A stretch of 64,000 nt of DNA from an uncultured Actinomycetota bacterium (GTDB lineage: Bacteria > Actinomycetota > Actinomycetes > CAVPEL01): contig CAVPEL010000002.1 in NCBI GenBank assembly GCA_963703505.1, positions 32,207-96,206 of the forward strand, read 5' to 3'. Below the pieces are notes generated by a model that was not told the origin of the DNA, ran no database searches, and saw only the letters and a program-made list of their open reading frames with translations. Of this stretch, positions 39,733 to 55,611 are shown in pieces (within the stretch, counting starts at the first letter, position 1; each line of letters begins with the position of its first letter). The translations under genes and the position numbers were made by a program.

Positions 39733-40622
39733 CCTACCGCTCCGGCTTCGCCAGCCTCGTTGGCCGCCCCAACGTCGGGAAGTCGACGCTCACCAACGCT
39801 CTCGTCGGTGAGAAGGTCGCCATCACCAGCGCACGCCCCCAGACGACCCGCCACACCGTCCGCGGCATCGTGCACCGCGATGACGCGCAGCTGATCTTGG
39901 TCGACACCCCGGGCCTGCACAAGCCGCGGACGCTGCTCGGCCAGCGGCTCAACGACCTGGTCCGTGCGACGTGGGCCGAGGTCGATGTCGTCGTCTTCTG
40001 CGTGCCGGCCGACGCCAAGGTGGGCCCGGGCGACCGGTTCGTCGCGGCGGAGCTCGCCAAGATCCCGCGGACCCCGGTCGTCGCGGTGCTCACCAAGACC
40101 GACCTCGCCAGCAAGCAGGAGATCGGCGAGCAACTCCTGGCCCTGTCGGCGCTCGGGGACTTCGCCGAGGTCGTCCCGGTCTCGGCCGTGACGAGCAATC
40201 AGGTCGACCTGCTGGCCGACCTGCTGGTGGCGCGGCTGCCCGAGGGCCCGCCGCTGTACCCGGCGGGCGAGCTCACCGACGAGCCCGAACAGGTCATGGT
40301 GGCCGAGCTGGTGCGCGAGGCGGCCTTGGAGGGCGTGCGCGACGAGCTGCCGCACTCCCTCGCTGTGGTGGTCGAGGAGATGACCCCGCGTGCTGGCAAG
40401 GAAGACAAGCTGCTCGACATCTTCGCGATCGTCTACGTCGAGCGGGACAGCCAGAAGGCGATCGTCATCGGCAAGGGCGGCTCCCGGCTGCGGGACGTCG
40501 GCACCCAGGCCCGCCACCGGATCGAGGCGATGCTCGGCACGCCGGTGTACCTGGACCTGCGGGTGAAGGTTGCGAAGGACTGGCAGCGCGACCCGGCCCA
40601 GCTGCGACGTCTGGGGTTCTAG
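39729..40622 (+). CDS. era: GTPase Era
   Basis: GRPNVGKSTL, QTTR, DTPG, ELPHS, VIGKGG. Confidence 0.97.
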   Translation: MTYRSGFASLVGRPNVGKSTLTNALVGEKVAITSARPQTTRHTVRGIVHRDDAQLILVDTPGLHKPRTLLGQRLNDLVRATWAEVDVVVFCVPADAKVGPGDRFVAAELAKIPRTPVVAVLTKTDLASKQEIGEQLLALSALGDFAEVVPVSAVTSNQVDLLADLLVARLPEGPPLYPAGELTDEPEQVMVAELVREAALEGVRDELPHSLAVVVEEMTPRAGKEDKLLDIFAIVYVERDSQKAIVIGKGGSRLRDVGTQARHRIEAMLGTPVYLDLRVKVAKDWQRDPAQLRRLGF

Positions 40623-41101
40623 TGGCGGGGTATTCCGGTACCCCGCTGGCCAAGAAGCTGGGGATCAAGCCCGGCCACGCCCTGCTGCTGATCGGTGCTG
40701 CTGAGCCGTGGGCGGTGCCGGAGCTGCCGGATGGCGTGGACGAGCAGCGGCTCGCCGCGGCCGCCGGCGTCGATGAAGCGGTGCGGCCAGCGGGCGCTGC
40801 ACGGGTCGAGGGGGCCGCGCGGCTCGGCGCGATCGGTCGAGCCGATGTCGTGCTGGCCTTCTGCCGGTCCGCCTCGGCCCTGCGCGAGGTGGCCCATGAG
40901 CTGTGCGCCGCGCTGCGCCCCGATGCTGCCGTTTGGATCGTGTGGCCGCGCAAGGCGGCTGGCCACGTGAGCGACGTGACCGAGAACCTGCTCCGCGAGG
41001 TGCTGCTGCCCACCGGTCTGGTGGACACCAAGGTGGCGGCGCTCGACGAGGACTGGTCGGGCCTGCGGTTCGTGTGGCGGAAGGCGCTGCGGCCAGCGTA
41101 G
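40622..41101 (+). CDS. DUF3052-family protein
   Basis: MAGYSGTPLAKKLGIKP..W..WPRK..GLVDTKV..DWSGLRFV. Confidence 0.8.
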   Translation: MAGYSGTPLAKKLGIKPGHALLLIGAAEPWAVPELPDGVDEQRLAAAAGVDEAVRPAGAARVEGAARLGAIGRADVVLAFCRSASALREVAHELCAALRPDAAVWIVWPRKAAGHVSDVTENLLREVLLPTGLVDTKVAALDEDWSGLRFVWRKALRPA

Positions 41102-41165
41102 AAATCCCGCCGTTGCGGATCCATGGGGGCATACAGTCCGCAAGAGCGGGTCTATGATCTCGTTC

Positions 41166-41567
41166 ATGCCGCAGTTGCGTATCAGCGAAGCCGCCGCCCT
41201 GCTCGGCGTCAGTGACGACACCGTCCGCCGGTGGGTGCAAGGCGGCCGGTTGGCCGCGACCAAGGCGGACAACGGCCGCCTGGTCATCGAGGGCAGCGCG
41301 CTCGCCGAGCTGGCCCGCGAGCTCGGCGAGACACCTGAGCCTTCCCGGGTGGTGGGCCAGTCGGCCCGCAACCGGTTCCGGGGCATCGTCACCAAGGTCG
41401 TCAAGGACACCGTGATGGCCCAGGTGGAGATGCAGGCCGGCCCGTTCCGCGTGGTCTCGCTGATGAGCCGGGAGGCGGCCGACGAGCTGGGTCTGGAGCC
41501 CGGTGTGGTCGCCGTCGCCTCTGTGAAGTCCACGAACGTCGTCGTCGAGATCACGGAGCAGCCATGA
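41166..41567 (+). CDS. HTH-TOBE molybdate-responsive regulator (ModE-like)
   Basis: ISEAAALLGVSDDTVRRW, SARNRF.G.V, ELGLEPG..ASVKST. Confidence 0.9.
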   Translation: MPQLRISEAAALLGVSDDTVRRWVQGGRLAATKADNGRLVIEGSALAELARELGETPEPSRVVGQSARNRFRGIVTKVVKDTVMAQVEMQAGPFRVVSLMSREAADELGLEPGVVAVASVKSTNVVVEITEQP

Positions 41568-42412
41568 ACCGCCGCGCCAATCGTGTCGCCAACCACTTGC
41601 GCATGATCGCCGTCGTGGGGGCGGTGGCCATGGGGCTGACGGCTTGCGGCGGTGGGTCATCGAAGTCGCCCGCCAGCACCAGCCCGCCCGCCAGCACCAG
41701 CCCGTCCGAGGCCGCGCAGCCGAGCACGCCTTCGCTGACCGGCTCGATCACCGTCCTCGCCGCGGCCTCGCTCACCGGCACGTTCACCGAGCTCGGCAAG
41801 CAGTTCGAGGCGGCGAACCCCGGCACGAAGGTGATCTTCAGCTTCGGCGCTAGCTCCACCCTGGCCACCCAGATCGTCCAGGGTGCGCCGGCCGACGTCT
41901 TCGCGGCAGCGAACACCTCGACGATGAAGCAGGTCACCGACGCCGGCGATGCCACCGCGACGCCGACCGTCTTCGTCAAGAACCGGCTGGAGATCGCGGT
42001 CCCGAAGGGCAACCCGGCCCACGTCACCGGTCTGGCCGACTTCGCCAACGCGAAGTTCAAGACGGCGCTGTGTGCCGCGCAGGTGCCGTGCGGGTCGGCG
42101 GCGGTCAAGGTGTTCGAGCTGGCCGGGCTGACCCCGAAGCCGGTCACCTACGCGACCGACGTCAAGGCCGCGCTCACCCAGGTGTCGCTCGGCGAGGTCG
42201 ACGCCGCGCTCGTCTACCGCACCGACGTGCAGTCGGCCGGCGACAAGGTGGAGGGCATCGACTTCCCGGAGTCGACCAAGGTCATCAACGACTACCCGAT
42301 CGTCGTGCTCAAGTCATCGACGCACGCCGATGTCGCCGCTGCCTTCGTTGCCTTCGTCCTGTCACCGGCCGGCCAGGCCGTGTTGACCACAGCGGGGTTC
42401 GAGGGGCCGTAA
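41564..42412 (+). CDS. modA: Molybdate ABC transporter substrate-binding lipoprotein
   Basis: Lipobox LTAC, AAASL, GASSTL, ADVFAAA, VPCG, VYRTD. Confidence 0.94.
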   Translation: MNRRANRVANHLRMIAVVGAVAMGLTACGGGSSKSPASTSPPASTSPSEAAQPSTPSLTGSITVLAAASLTGTFTELGKQFEAANPGTKVIFSFGASSTLATQIVQGAPADVFAAANTSTMKQVTDAGDATATPTVFVKNRLEIAVPKGNPAHVTGLADFANAKFKTALCAAQVPCGSAAVKVFELAGLTPKPVTYATDVKAALTQVSLGEVDAALVYRTDVQSAGDKVEGIDFPESTKVINDYPIVVLKSSTHADVAAAFVAFVLSPAGQAVLTTAGFEGP

Positions 42413-42425
42413 CGTAAGCGATCTC

Positions 42426-43248
42426 ATGGTCGACATCGAGGTGAGGCGGCCCGGCAGGCGTCGCACACGCGGTGGTGTGCCCATCGCGCTCGCCCTGCCG
42501 GCTGCCGTCGCGTTCGCGTTCCTGGTGCTGCCGCTCGCTGGGCTGCTGGTGCGCGCGCCGTGGAGCACCTTGGGCAGCGAGCTGGCCAGCACGTCGGTCC
42601 ACCAGGCCCTTCGCCTGTCACTGGTCACCGCGACGCTGGCGACGATCGCATCGCTCGTCCTCGGTATCCCGCTCGCCTGGTTCCTGGCCCGGGTCGACTT
42701 TCGCGGGCGGCGCCTCGTGCGGGCCTTGGTCACCTTGCCGTTGGTCCTGCCGCCGGTCGTCGGCGGCGTGGCGCTGTTCCTGGTGCTGGGCCGGCACGGG
42801 CTGCTTGGCCAGTGGCTGGACCGGTGGTTCGGCATCACCATCCCGTTCACCACGGCGGCGGTGGTCATCGCGGAGGCGTTCGTCGCGATGCCCTTCCTCA
42901 TCATCAGCGTGGAGGGTGCGTTGCGGGCGGGGGATGTCCGCTACGAGGAGGCGGCGGCGACGTTGGGCGCGAGCAGGTGGACCACGTTCCGGCGGGTGAC
43001 GCTGCCGCTGGTGGCGCCGGCTGTCGCGGCGGGAACCGTGCTGTGCTGGGCGCGGGCGCTCGGCGAGTTCGGTGCCACGATCACCTTCGCCGGCAACTTC
43101 CCGGGGACCACCCAGACCATGCCGCTGGCGGTGTACCTCGCGCTGGAGACGCGACCCGCAGGCGGCGGTCGTGCTGTCCGTGGTGCTGCTGGCGGTCTCG
43201 GTGCTGGTGCTCGTCGGTCTGCGCGATCGCTGGGTGAGCCGAATATGA
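42426..43248 (+). CDS. modB: Molybdate ABC transporter permease (frameshifted)
   Basis: LPLVLPPVVGG, EEAAATLGA, ARALGEFGAT. Confidence 0.93.
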
Positions 43249-44297
43249 GCCTGTTCGCCAAGGTCCAGGTGCGCAGAGGGGCGTTCGCGCTCGACCTCGA
43301 TCTCTCGGTCGCCGCCGGGGAGGTCGTCGTGCTGCTCGGTCCCAACGGCGCGGGCAAGACGACCACGCTGCGGGCGCTGGCGGGGCTGGTCCCGCTGACG
43401 GACGGCCGGGTCGAGCTCGACGACGAGGTCCTCGACGACGTGAGCGGCCGCCGGCATGTGCCGACGGAGCGGCGCCCGATCGGTGTCGTGTTCCAGGACT
43501 ACCGGTTGTTCCCGCACCTGAGTGCCGCGCAGAACGTCGCGTTCGGGCTTCGGAGCCGCGGGGTGGCCAAGGCGCAGGCGCGGGCCATCGCGCGGCAGTG
43601 GTTGGCCCAGGTCGGCCTGGGAGAGTTCGCCGACGCGAAGCCGGGCGTGCTGTCCGGGGGTCAGGCGCAACGGGTCGCGCTCGCCCGGGCGCTGGCCCCA
43701 GGCCCCCGGCTGTTGCTGCTCGACGAGCCGCTCGCGGCCTTGGATGCCGGGACGCGATCGGACGTGCGCTCGGACCTGCGGCGCCACCTCGCCGCGTACA
43801 GCGGCTGCACCGTGGTCGTCACGCACGACCCGCTCGACGCGATGATCCTCGCCGACCGGCTCGTCGTGCTGGAGGGTGGCGTCGTCGTCCAGGAGGGCCC
43901 ACCAGCGCAGATCGCTCGCCATCCGCGCACCCAGTACGTCGCCCGGCTGGTGGGGCTCAACCTGTTCGCCGGCTACGCGAACGGCAGCCAGGTGGCCCTG
44001 CGCGACGGCGGCCAGCTCACCGTGGCGGACGAGGCGCACGGCGAGGTGCTGGTCGCCGTCCGGCCCGACGCCGTCTCGCTGTTCCGCACCCGGCCCGACG
44101 GCAGCCCGCGCAACGTCTGGGCGGCCCGGGTGGCCGGTGTGGAGATGCACGGCGACCGGGTGCGGGTGGCCGTCGAGGGGCCGGTGCAGGTGCTGGCCGA
44201 CATCACGCCCGGCGCGCTGGCCGAGCTCGGGCTCGGTCCCGGCAGCGAGGTGTGGGTGGCCGTGAAGGCCAGCGAGACCGCGGTCTACCGCGCCTGA
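43245..44297 (+). CDS. modC: Molybdate ABC transporter ATPase with TOBE domain
   Basis: GPNGAGKT, LSGGQ, LLLDEP, C-terminal SPRN..ITP..VKA. Confidence 0.92.
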   Translation: MSLFAKVQVRRGAFALDLDLSVAAGEVVVLLGPNGAGKTTTLRALAGLVPLTDGRVELDDEVLDDVSGRRHVPTERRPIGVVFQDYRLFPHLSAAQNVAFGLRSRGVAKAQARAIARQWLAQVGLGEFADAKPGVLSGGQAQRVALARALAPGPRLLLLDEPLAALDAGTRSDVRSDLRRHLAAYSGCTVVVTHDPLDAMILADRLVVLEGGVVVQEGPPAQIARHPRTQYVARLVGLNLFAGYANGSQVALRDGGQLTVADEAHGEVLVAVRPDAVSLFRTRPDGSPRNVWAARVAGVEMHGDRVRVAVEGPVQVLADITPGALAELGLGPGSEVWVAVKASETAVYRA

Positions 44298-44313
44298 GCG
44301 GAGGGTCACGATC

Positions 44314-44360
44314 GCTCGCCGATTCAGCGGTGCGCGGGTTCACCGTATCGGCGAGCTTTC
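44314..44360 (+). terminator. Hairpin after the mod operon
   Basis: GCTCGCCGAT...ATCGGCGAGC followed by TTTC. Confidence 0.5.
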
Positions 44361-44377
44361 GGGCGTCCTGGCGATCT

Positions 44378-44406
44378 TCGACAAAGGTGGGCGACTTCTA
44401 TAAGGT
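44378..44406 (+). promoter_or_regulatory. Sigma70-type promoter of the surface protein gene
   Basis: TCGACA-N17-TAAGGT in an AT-richer intergenic region. Confidence 0.55.
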
Positions 44407-44450
44407 CTGGGTCTTTGCCGTGATGTACGCGACAGATGAGGTAGTTTTCC

Positions 44451-49776
<5,326 letters not shown>

Positions 49777-49906
49777 CCGCGCCGCTACGCCGAGCGGGTG
49801 ATCGGGGTCGTGCGTTCGGCTATTCAGGCTCGCCGATCTGCTGCCGAAGTAGACCTCGAGAGCCGGGGTGCGGGTGGGGGCGTCGGTGCTATGGCGAGGA
49901 GTTCTC

Positions 49907-51545
49907 GTGTCAGTTGGAGGGGAGGGGCGTCGTGCTGCCGCGCCATGCGGTTCTGCGCTGGCGATCATCCAGACGGAGGGTCGGCTGGCCTGGCTCGCTG
50001 ACAGCGTGCACACGGCGTTCTTGGCAGACTCGACCGCACCCATGCTCGATCGCATCGGCGGGGCGGTGATCCTGGCGCGGGCCGCCGAGGACTGCCTGAC
50101 GGAGCGCCGTCTGCTTCACACGCGGATGCTCCTGCTCGACGTGCTCGGGCGACACGAGGAGGCAGCTGCCGAGGGCGAGCGGTTGGAGCAGGACTGCCTG
50201 GCCGCTGGCGACTCGCTCGGGCTCGCTGACGTCGAGGGCAACCTGGTACCGGTGCTCCTCAAGCTGGGACAGCTCGAAGAGGCGTTGGACGCGCTGGCGC
50301 GGGGTGTCGCCATCGTCGGTACTTCGCAGGCGAGGTCCTCGCAGGCCTGCCGAGCGATGCTGGCCATCTCCACGGCCGCCTCCACGGTCGAGCTCTACGA
50401 GATGGCTGCGGAGCAGCTGGAGCGCGGCGAGGCGATCGCCAGGCGGACCGGCGACCACTTGAGCCTGCTGCTGCTGCTGAGCAACGCGGCGTTCAACCAG
50501 CTGCTGTGGGCGATCCGGCTGGAACTGGTCGGAAAGGCAGACGAGGCCAGGCGCCACTATCTCGAGACCGTACGAATTGCGGCGCGCTCACGGGCTGCGC
50601 TCACTCCCCAGGACGGTCCGCAGTGGTGGGCCGACAGCGAGGTAGCGGAAGGGTACGCGTGGGCGGCGATGGGGGAGCCCGAGCTCGCCGGCGCGATCCT
50701 GCGGCCACTGGCCGAGCAGAACATCCTGTTCGCCATGCCAGAGAACGACTTCATGATCTACACAGCTCTGGCGCGTGTCGAGCGGGAGCTCGGCAACGTC
50801 GACACGGCTCGGCACTGGCTGGACCGAGCACTGGCGGTCGACGATCAGACGCTGTCGCGAACCATGCGGTCCGCGACGTTGGTGGAACTGGAACACCTGG
50901 ACGCGTGCCGCGGTCGAGGGCTCGCGGCCCCAGTCAGCCCTGGGTCAGCTGGCGCGTCTCCAGCTGGAGCTGCTGTGGGACGAGCGGGGCCGGCGACATG
51001 AGGCGGTCCGGGTGCGGGTCCAGCTGAACCAGATGGCCGCCGAGCACCACGAGACCCGGCGGATGGCGATGGAAGATGCGCTCACCGGGCTCGGGAACCG
51101 GCGCAGCCTCGATATCGCCCTCGGTGAGCTGAGCGAGGACCCTCACCGCACGGTGTCGCTCATCTTCATCGACCTCGACAACTTCAAGGGCATCAACGAC
51201 ACGTTCTCGCACCAGGTCGGCGACCAGGTTCTTCAGCAGGTCGGTCGATTGCTCCTCGCGGCGAGTCGCGCGAATGACAGCGTCATCCGTTTCGGTGGCG
51301 ACGAGTTCGTGCTGCTGCTCCCCGACACGACGTGCGAGCAGGCGCAGGCGATGGCTGAGCGGCTGCGTCTCCTCGTCGCTGCGCACCCGTGGGTGCCAGC
51401 GGACCCTCGATTGCGGGTGCGTTTGAGCATCGGCGTGGCCGAGCACCAGGCGGGTGCGGCATACGACGAGATGCTCACCGCTGCCGACCTCGCCGCCTAC
51501 GTCTCCAAGCGAGCCGGCCGGGATCGCGTGTCGATCGCCGGCTAG
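49907..51545 (+). CDS. TPR-like repeat diguanylate cyclase (frameshift near 50920)
   Basis: Helical repeats, [16 protein letters not shown], RxxD I-site (RAND), GGDEF. Confidence 0.88.
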
Positions 51546-51582
51546 GGCCACGGGTCTCCCCGTGGTCGGCGACAATGGGTGG

Positions 51583-52314
51583 GTGAGCCTCTACCGCGAC
51601 GAGGGTGTCGTCCTTCGCACCCAGAAGCTGGGTGAGGCGGATCGCATCATCACCCTGCTCACCCGGCGCAACGGTCGGGTGCGAGCGGTGGCCAAGGGGG
51701 TGCGTCGGACCCGGTCGCGGTTCGGTGCGCGGCTGGAGCCGTTCTCCTGCGTGGACGTGCAGCTGTACACCGGCCGCTCCCTCGACGTGGTGACCCAGGC
51801 GGAGACCTTGGCGGCCTACGGCGACGGCATCGTCGACGACTACCTGCGCTACACCTCGGGCACGGCGATGCTCGAGATGGCCGAGCGGCTCACCGCGGAG
51901 GAGCGCGAGCCGTCGCTGCGGCTGTACCTGCTGCTCATCGGTGGCCTGCGCACCCTCGCCGGCCGTGAGCACGATCCCGGGCTGGTCCTGGACGCCTTCG
52001 GGCTGCGCGCGCTCGCCGTGTCCGGCTATGCCCCGGCGCTGACCGAGTGCGCGCGGTGCGGCGCGCCAGGCCCGCACCGCTGGTTCTCGGTCGCCTCCGG
52101 TGGCGTGGAGTGCGCGCAGTGCCGGACTCCGGGGTCGGCGACCCCCGCTGCCGAGACTGTGGCGCTGCTTGGATCGTTGGCGTCCGGCGACTGGGCCGGC
52201 GCCGACGGTGCCGAGCGTCGGCACCGCCGGGAGGCGAGCGGCCTGCTCGCCGCCTACCTGCAGTGGCACCTGGAGCAGGGCCTGCGGTCGCTGCGGCTGG
52301 TCGAGCGCACCTGA
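51583..52314 (+). CDS. recO: DNA repair protein RecO
   Basis: [24 protein letters not shown], CxxC..CxxC. Confidence 0.95.
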   Translation: MSLYRDEGVVLRTQKLGEADRIITLLTRRNGRVRAVAKGVRRTRSRFGARLEPFSCVDVQLYTGRSLDVVTQAETLAAYGDGIVDDYLRYTSGTAMLEMAERLTAEEREPSLRLYLLLIGGLRTLAGREHDPGLVLDAFGLRALAVSGYAPALTECARCGAPGPHRWFSVASGGVECAQCRTPGSATPAAETVALLGSLASGDWAGADGAERRHRREASGLLAAYLQWHLEQGLRSLRLVERT

Positions 52315-53102
52315 TGGCCCGACGTCCTCAGGTGCTGCCTCCGCCGCCGCACCCGTCCGGTGCCCGGCCACCAGCGATCCCCCGTGAGCTGGTGCCCCGG
52401 CATGTCGCCATCGTCATGGACGGCAACGGCCGGTGGGCCAAGGCGCGTGGTCTGGCGCGCACCAAGGGCCACGAGATGGGGGAGGCCTCGCTGCTGGATG
52501 TGGTCCAGGGCGCGATCGAGGTGGGGGTCGGCTGGGTGTCGGCCTTCGCCTTCTCCACCGAGAACTGGCGCCGCTCGCCTGAGGAGGTCCGCTTCCTCAT
52601 GGGCTTCAACCGGGACGTGATCCGGCGCCGTCGCGACGAGATGCACGCGATGGGGGTCCGGGTCCGCTGGGCGGGGCGGCAGCCTCGGCTGTGGCGCTCG
52701 GTGATCAACGAGCTGCGCGAGGCCGAGGAGCTCACCAAGGACAACAAGGTCCTTACGCTCACCATGTGCGTCAACTACGGCGGCCGGGCGGAGATCGCCG
52801 ACGCGGCCCGGCAGGTGGCGCGCGACGTGGCGGCCGGCCGCCTGGACCCCGAGCGGGTGGACGAGCGGCTGCTGGCGCGGTACCTGGACGAGCCGGCGAT
52901 GCCGGATGTCGACCTGTTCCTGCGCTCCTCGGGGGAGCAGCGCACCTCGAACTTCCTGCTGTGGCAGTCGGCCTACGCCGAGCTGGTCTTCATGGACACG
53001 CTGTGGCCCGACTTCGACCGACGCGACCTGTGGCGGGCCATCGAGGTCTACGCGGAGCGCGACCGTCGCTACGGCGGTGCGGCGCCCAGCCTGCCTTCCT
53101 AG
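52314..53102 (+). CDS. uppS: cis-isoprenyl diphosphate synthase
   Basis: [40 protein letters not shown]. Confidence 0.95.
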   Translation: MARRPQVLPPPPHPSGARPPAIPRELVPRHVAIVMDGNGRWAKARGLARTKGHEMGEASLLDVVQGAIEVGVGWVSAFAFSTENWRRSPEEVRFLMGFNRDVIRRRRDEMHAMGVRVRWAGRQPRLWRSVINELREAEELTKDNKVLTLTMCVNYGGRAEIADAARQVARDVAAGRLDPERVDERLLARYLDEPAMPDVDLFLRSSGEQRTSNFLLWQSAYAELVFMDTLWPDFDRRDLWRAIEVYAERDRRYGGAAPSLPS

Positions 53103-53138
53103 CTGCGTGCGTCGCGTCCAGTCGGCGACGACGCCAGC

Positions 53139-54050
53139 TCAGTTCCGCCGTCCGGCCAGCTTCGACGCATCGAGCCGGGCGAGGTGGCCCAGCAGGTCCT
53201 GCGCCTCGTGGTCGTCCAACGCTGGACCGTGGATGGTTTCCAGCAGGACCGCATTGCTGTCATGCACGGTCAGGTAGGAGCCTGCCCAGTCCTCGATCGT
53301 CCACAGCTGTTCCCCGACGCGCGCGCAGCGCAGGTCGGGGGAGTTGTTGTCGAGCATGGGCGAGACGACCTCGCCGCAGGCCGGCGGTATCTCGCTGACG
53401 TGGTGCGCGGCGGTGACCGTGACCGTCAGCCGGCGCTCGTCACCGTTGCCGGTGTCGTAGATCAGCGTCAGCGCCCGGCCGCTCGCTTTGGGTGTCCAGC
53501 CGACGTAGGACCACTGCGGCGACCGGACCTCGACGGGCTGGACGCCGATTGCCCTGATCCGATCGGCCGTGCTCTGGTGCAGAGCCCGTTCGGTGGTCAG
53601 TTGGCCGGCCATCGCAGCGACGGCGACCAGGCCGCCCGCGACGACAGGAACGGCCGTCGGCCAGCGGGGGTGAAGCACGACCGCCCACACCGCCGCCACG
53701 AGGGCGGCGAGCAGCGTGATGGACAGCGCCTTGGTCACGACGGTCGGGTGCCGCAGCAGCACGAACAGGGTGACCAGGCAACCGCCCGCGACCAGGGCCG
53801 GGCGGGCGACGTGCGAGACGCGCAGGATGAGCGCCACGGCGACGAGGCCGATGAGCGGGCCGACGGTGAGCGCCGCGATGCCCGGCAGTAGGCATCCCCA
53901 CGGCTCGGACGAGCACATCGACGACTGGGAGGCGGCCCGCCACAGCGCTCCGCTGGCGAGCACGAGGGCGCTCGCGGCGACGGCCGCCACGCATGCGGCT
54001 GGCAATGGCCCCAGGACGCGTCGCGGTTGGGTGGAGTCGGGGCCGCTCAC
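53139..54050 (-). CDS. Hypothetical membrane protein
   Basis: About 5 hydrophobic helices, CSSEPWGC loop, soluble C-terminal domain with two Cys; start uncertain. Confidence 0.6.
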   Translation of the reverse strand: MSGPDSTQPRRVLGPLPAACVAAVAASALVLASGALWRAASQSSMCSSEPWGCLLPGIAALTVGPLIGLVAVALILRVSHVARPALVAGGCLVTLFVLLRHPTVVTKALSITLLAALVAAVWAVVLHPRWPTAVPVVAGGLVAVAAMAGQLTTERALHQSTADRIRAIGVQPVEVRSPQWSYVGWTPKASGRALTLIYDTGNGDERRLTVTVTAAHHVSEIPPACGEVVSPMLDNNSPDLRCARVGEQLWTIEDWAGSYLTVHDSNAVLLETIHGPALDDHEAQDLLGHLARLDASKLAGRRN

Positions 54051-54186
54051 GAGATTGCCTCCAAGGAGCCAGGCGGTGCTGCTGCGGCATGATCCAAGCA
54101 GATGACCGCCCGCACACGTCGGAGTTGAGCGACCGACGCTACGCTGTTCGCTTCCCCCGCCGACCGCCAGCCGGATGGAGTCCACC

Positions 54187-55582
54187 GTGGCTGCCCCCAA
54201 GTCTCCTGACCGCAACGAGACCATCGTCAACCTCAGCAAGCGCCGGGGTTTCGTCTACCCGAGCAGTGAGATCTACGGTGGTTCCCGCTCGGCGTGGGAC
54301 TACGGACCCCTCGGTGTGGAGCTGAAGGAGAACGTCCGCCGTCAGTGGTGGCGCACCATGGTGCAGTCGCGCGAGGACGTCGTCGGCGTCGACTCCGCGG
54401 TGATCCTGGCGACCGACGTGTGGCGCGCCTCCGGCCACCTCGACGCCTTCGTCGACCCGCTGTCGGAATGCGAGTCGTGCCACAAGCGGTTCCGCGCCGA
54501 CCACCTGCTCGAGGCGTACGAGGCCAAGCACGGCCGGGCGCCCGCCGGTGGCCTGGCCGACCTGGCCTGCCCGAACTGCGGCAACAAGGGCACGCTGTCC
54601 GCGGAGCGGATGTTCAACGGGCTGCTCAAGACCTACCTCGGTCCGGTGGACGACGAGCAGGGCCTGCACTACCTGCGTCCGGAGACCGCCCAGGGCATCT
54701 TCGTCAACTTCCTCAACGTGATGACGTCGGCGCGCAAGAAGCCGCCGTTCGGCATCGCGCAGACCGGCAAGTCGTTCCGCAACGAGATCACGCCGGGCAA
54801 CTTCATCTTCCGCACGCGTGAGTTCGAGCAGATGGAGATGGAGTTCTTCGTCGAGCCGGGCACGGACGAGCAGTGGCACGAGTACTGGCTGCGCCGAGCG
54901 CTGGGCCTGGTACACGGACCTGGGCATCCGCGAGGAGAACCTGCGGTTCTACGAGCACCCGAAGGAGAAGCTCTCGCACTACTCCAAGCGGACCGTGGAC
55001 ATCGAGTACCGCTTCGGCTTCGGCGGCAAGGACTTCGACGAGCTCGAGGGTGTGGCCAACCGCACCGACTTCGACCTGAAGACGCACTCGGAGCACTCCG
55101 GCGCGGACCTGACCTACTTCGACCAGGAGAAGAACGAGCGCTGGACGCCGTACGTCATCGAGCCGGCGGCGGGCCTGACCCGGGCGACCCTGGCCTTCCT
55201 GCTCGACGCCTACACCGAGGACGAGGCGCCGAACGCCAAGGGCGTGCTGGAGAAGCGGACCGTGCTGCGGCTCGACCCGCGGCTTGCGCCGGTGAAGGTG
55301 GCGGTGCTGCCGCTGTCGCGCAACGCCGACCTCACCCCGAAGGCGAAGGACCTGGCGACGCAGCTGCGCAAGCGCTGGAACGTGGAGTTCGACGACGCGG
55401 GCGCGATCGGCCGGCGCTACCGGCGCCAGGACGAGATCGGCACGCCGCTGTGCGTGACGGTCGACTTCGAGACCCTCGACGACCAGGCGGTGACTGTCCG
55501 CGAGCGTGACTCGATGGAGCAGCAGCGGATCGGTCTGGACGCGGTGGAGGGCTTCCTCGCCTCCCGGCTCGGCGGCTGCTAG
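54187..55582 (+). CDS. glyQS: Glycine--tRNA ligase, homodimeric class IIa type (frameshift near 54893)
   Basis: [44 protein letters not shown]. Confidence 0.96.
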
Positions 55583-55611
55583 GACGCCGGTTCGTCCTTT
55601 CCGACTTGGCG

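Noticed and set aside
41670-41705. 18-bp tandem repeat in modA
   Set aside because: Encodes an ordinary Pro/Ser/Thr lipoprotein linker
42426-44297. ModB-ModC fusion
   Set aside because: The ModB C-terminal helix and an ATGA overlap at 43245-43248 exist in another frame
54050-54187. T-box or glycine riboswitch upstream of glyQS
   Set aside because: No T-box sequence, terminator or aptamer motif visible
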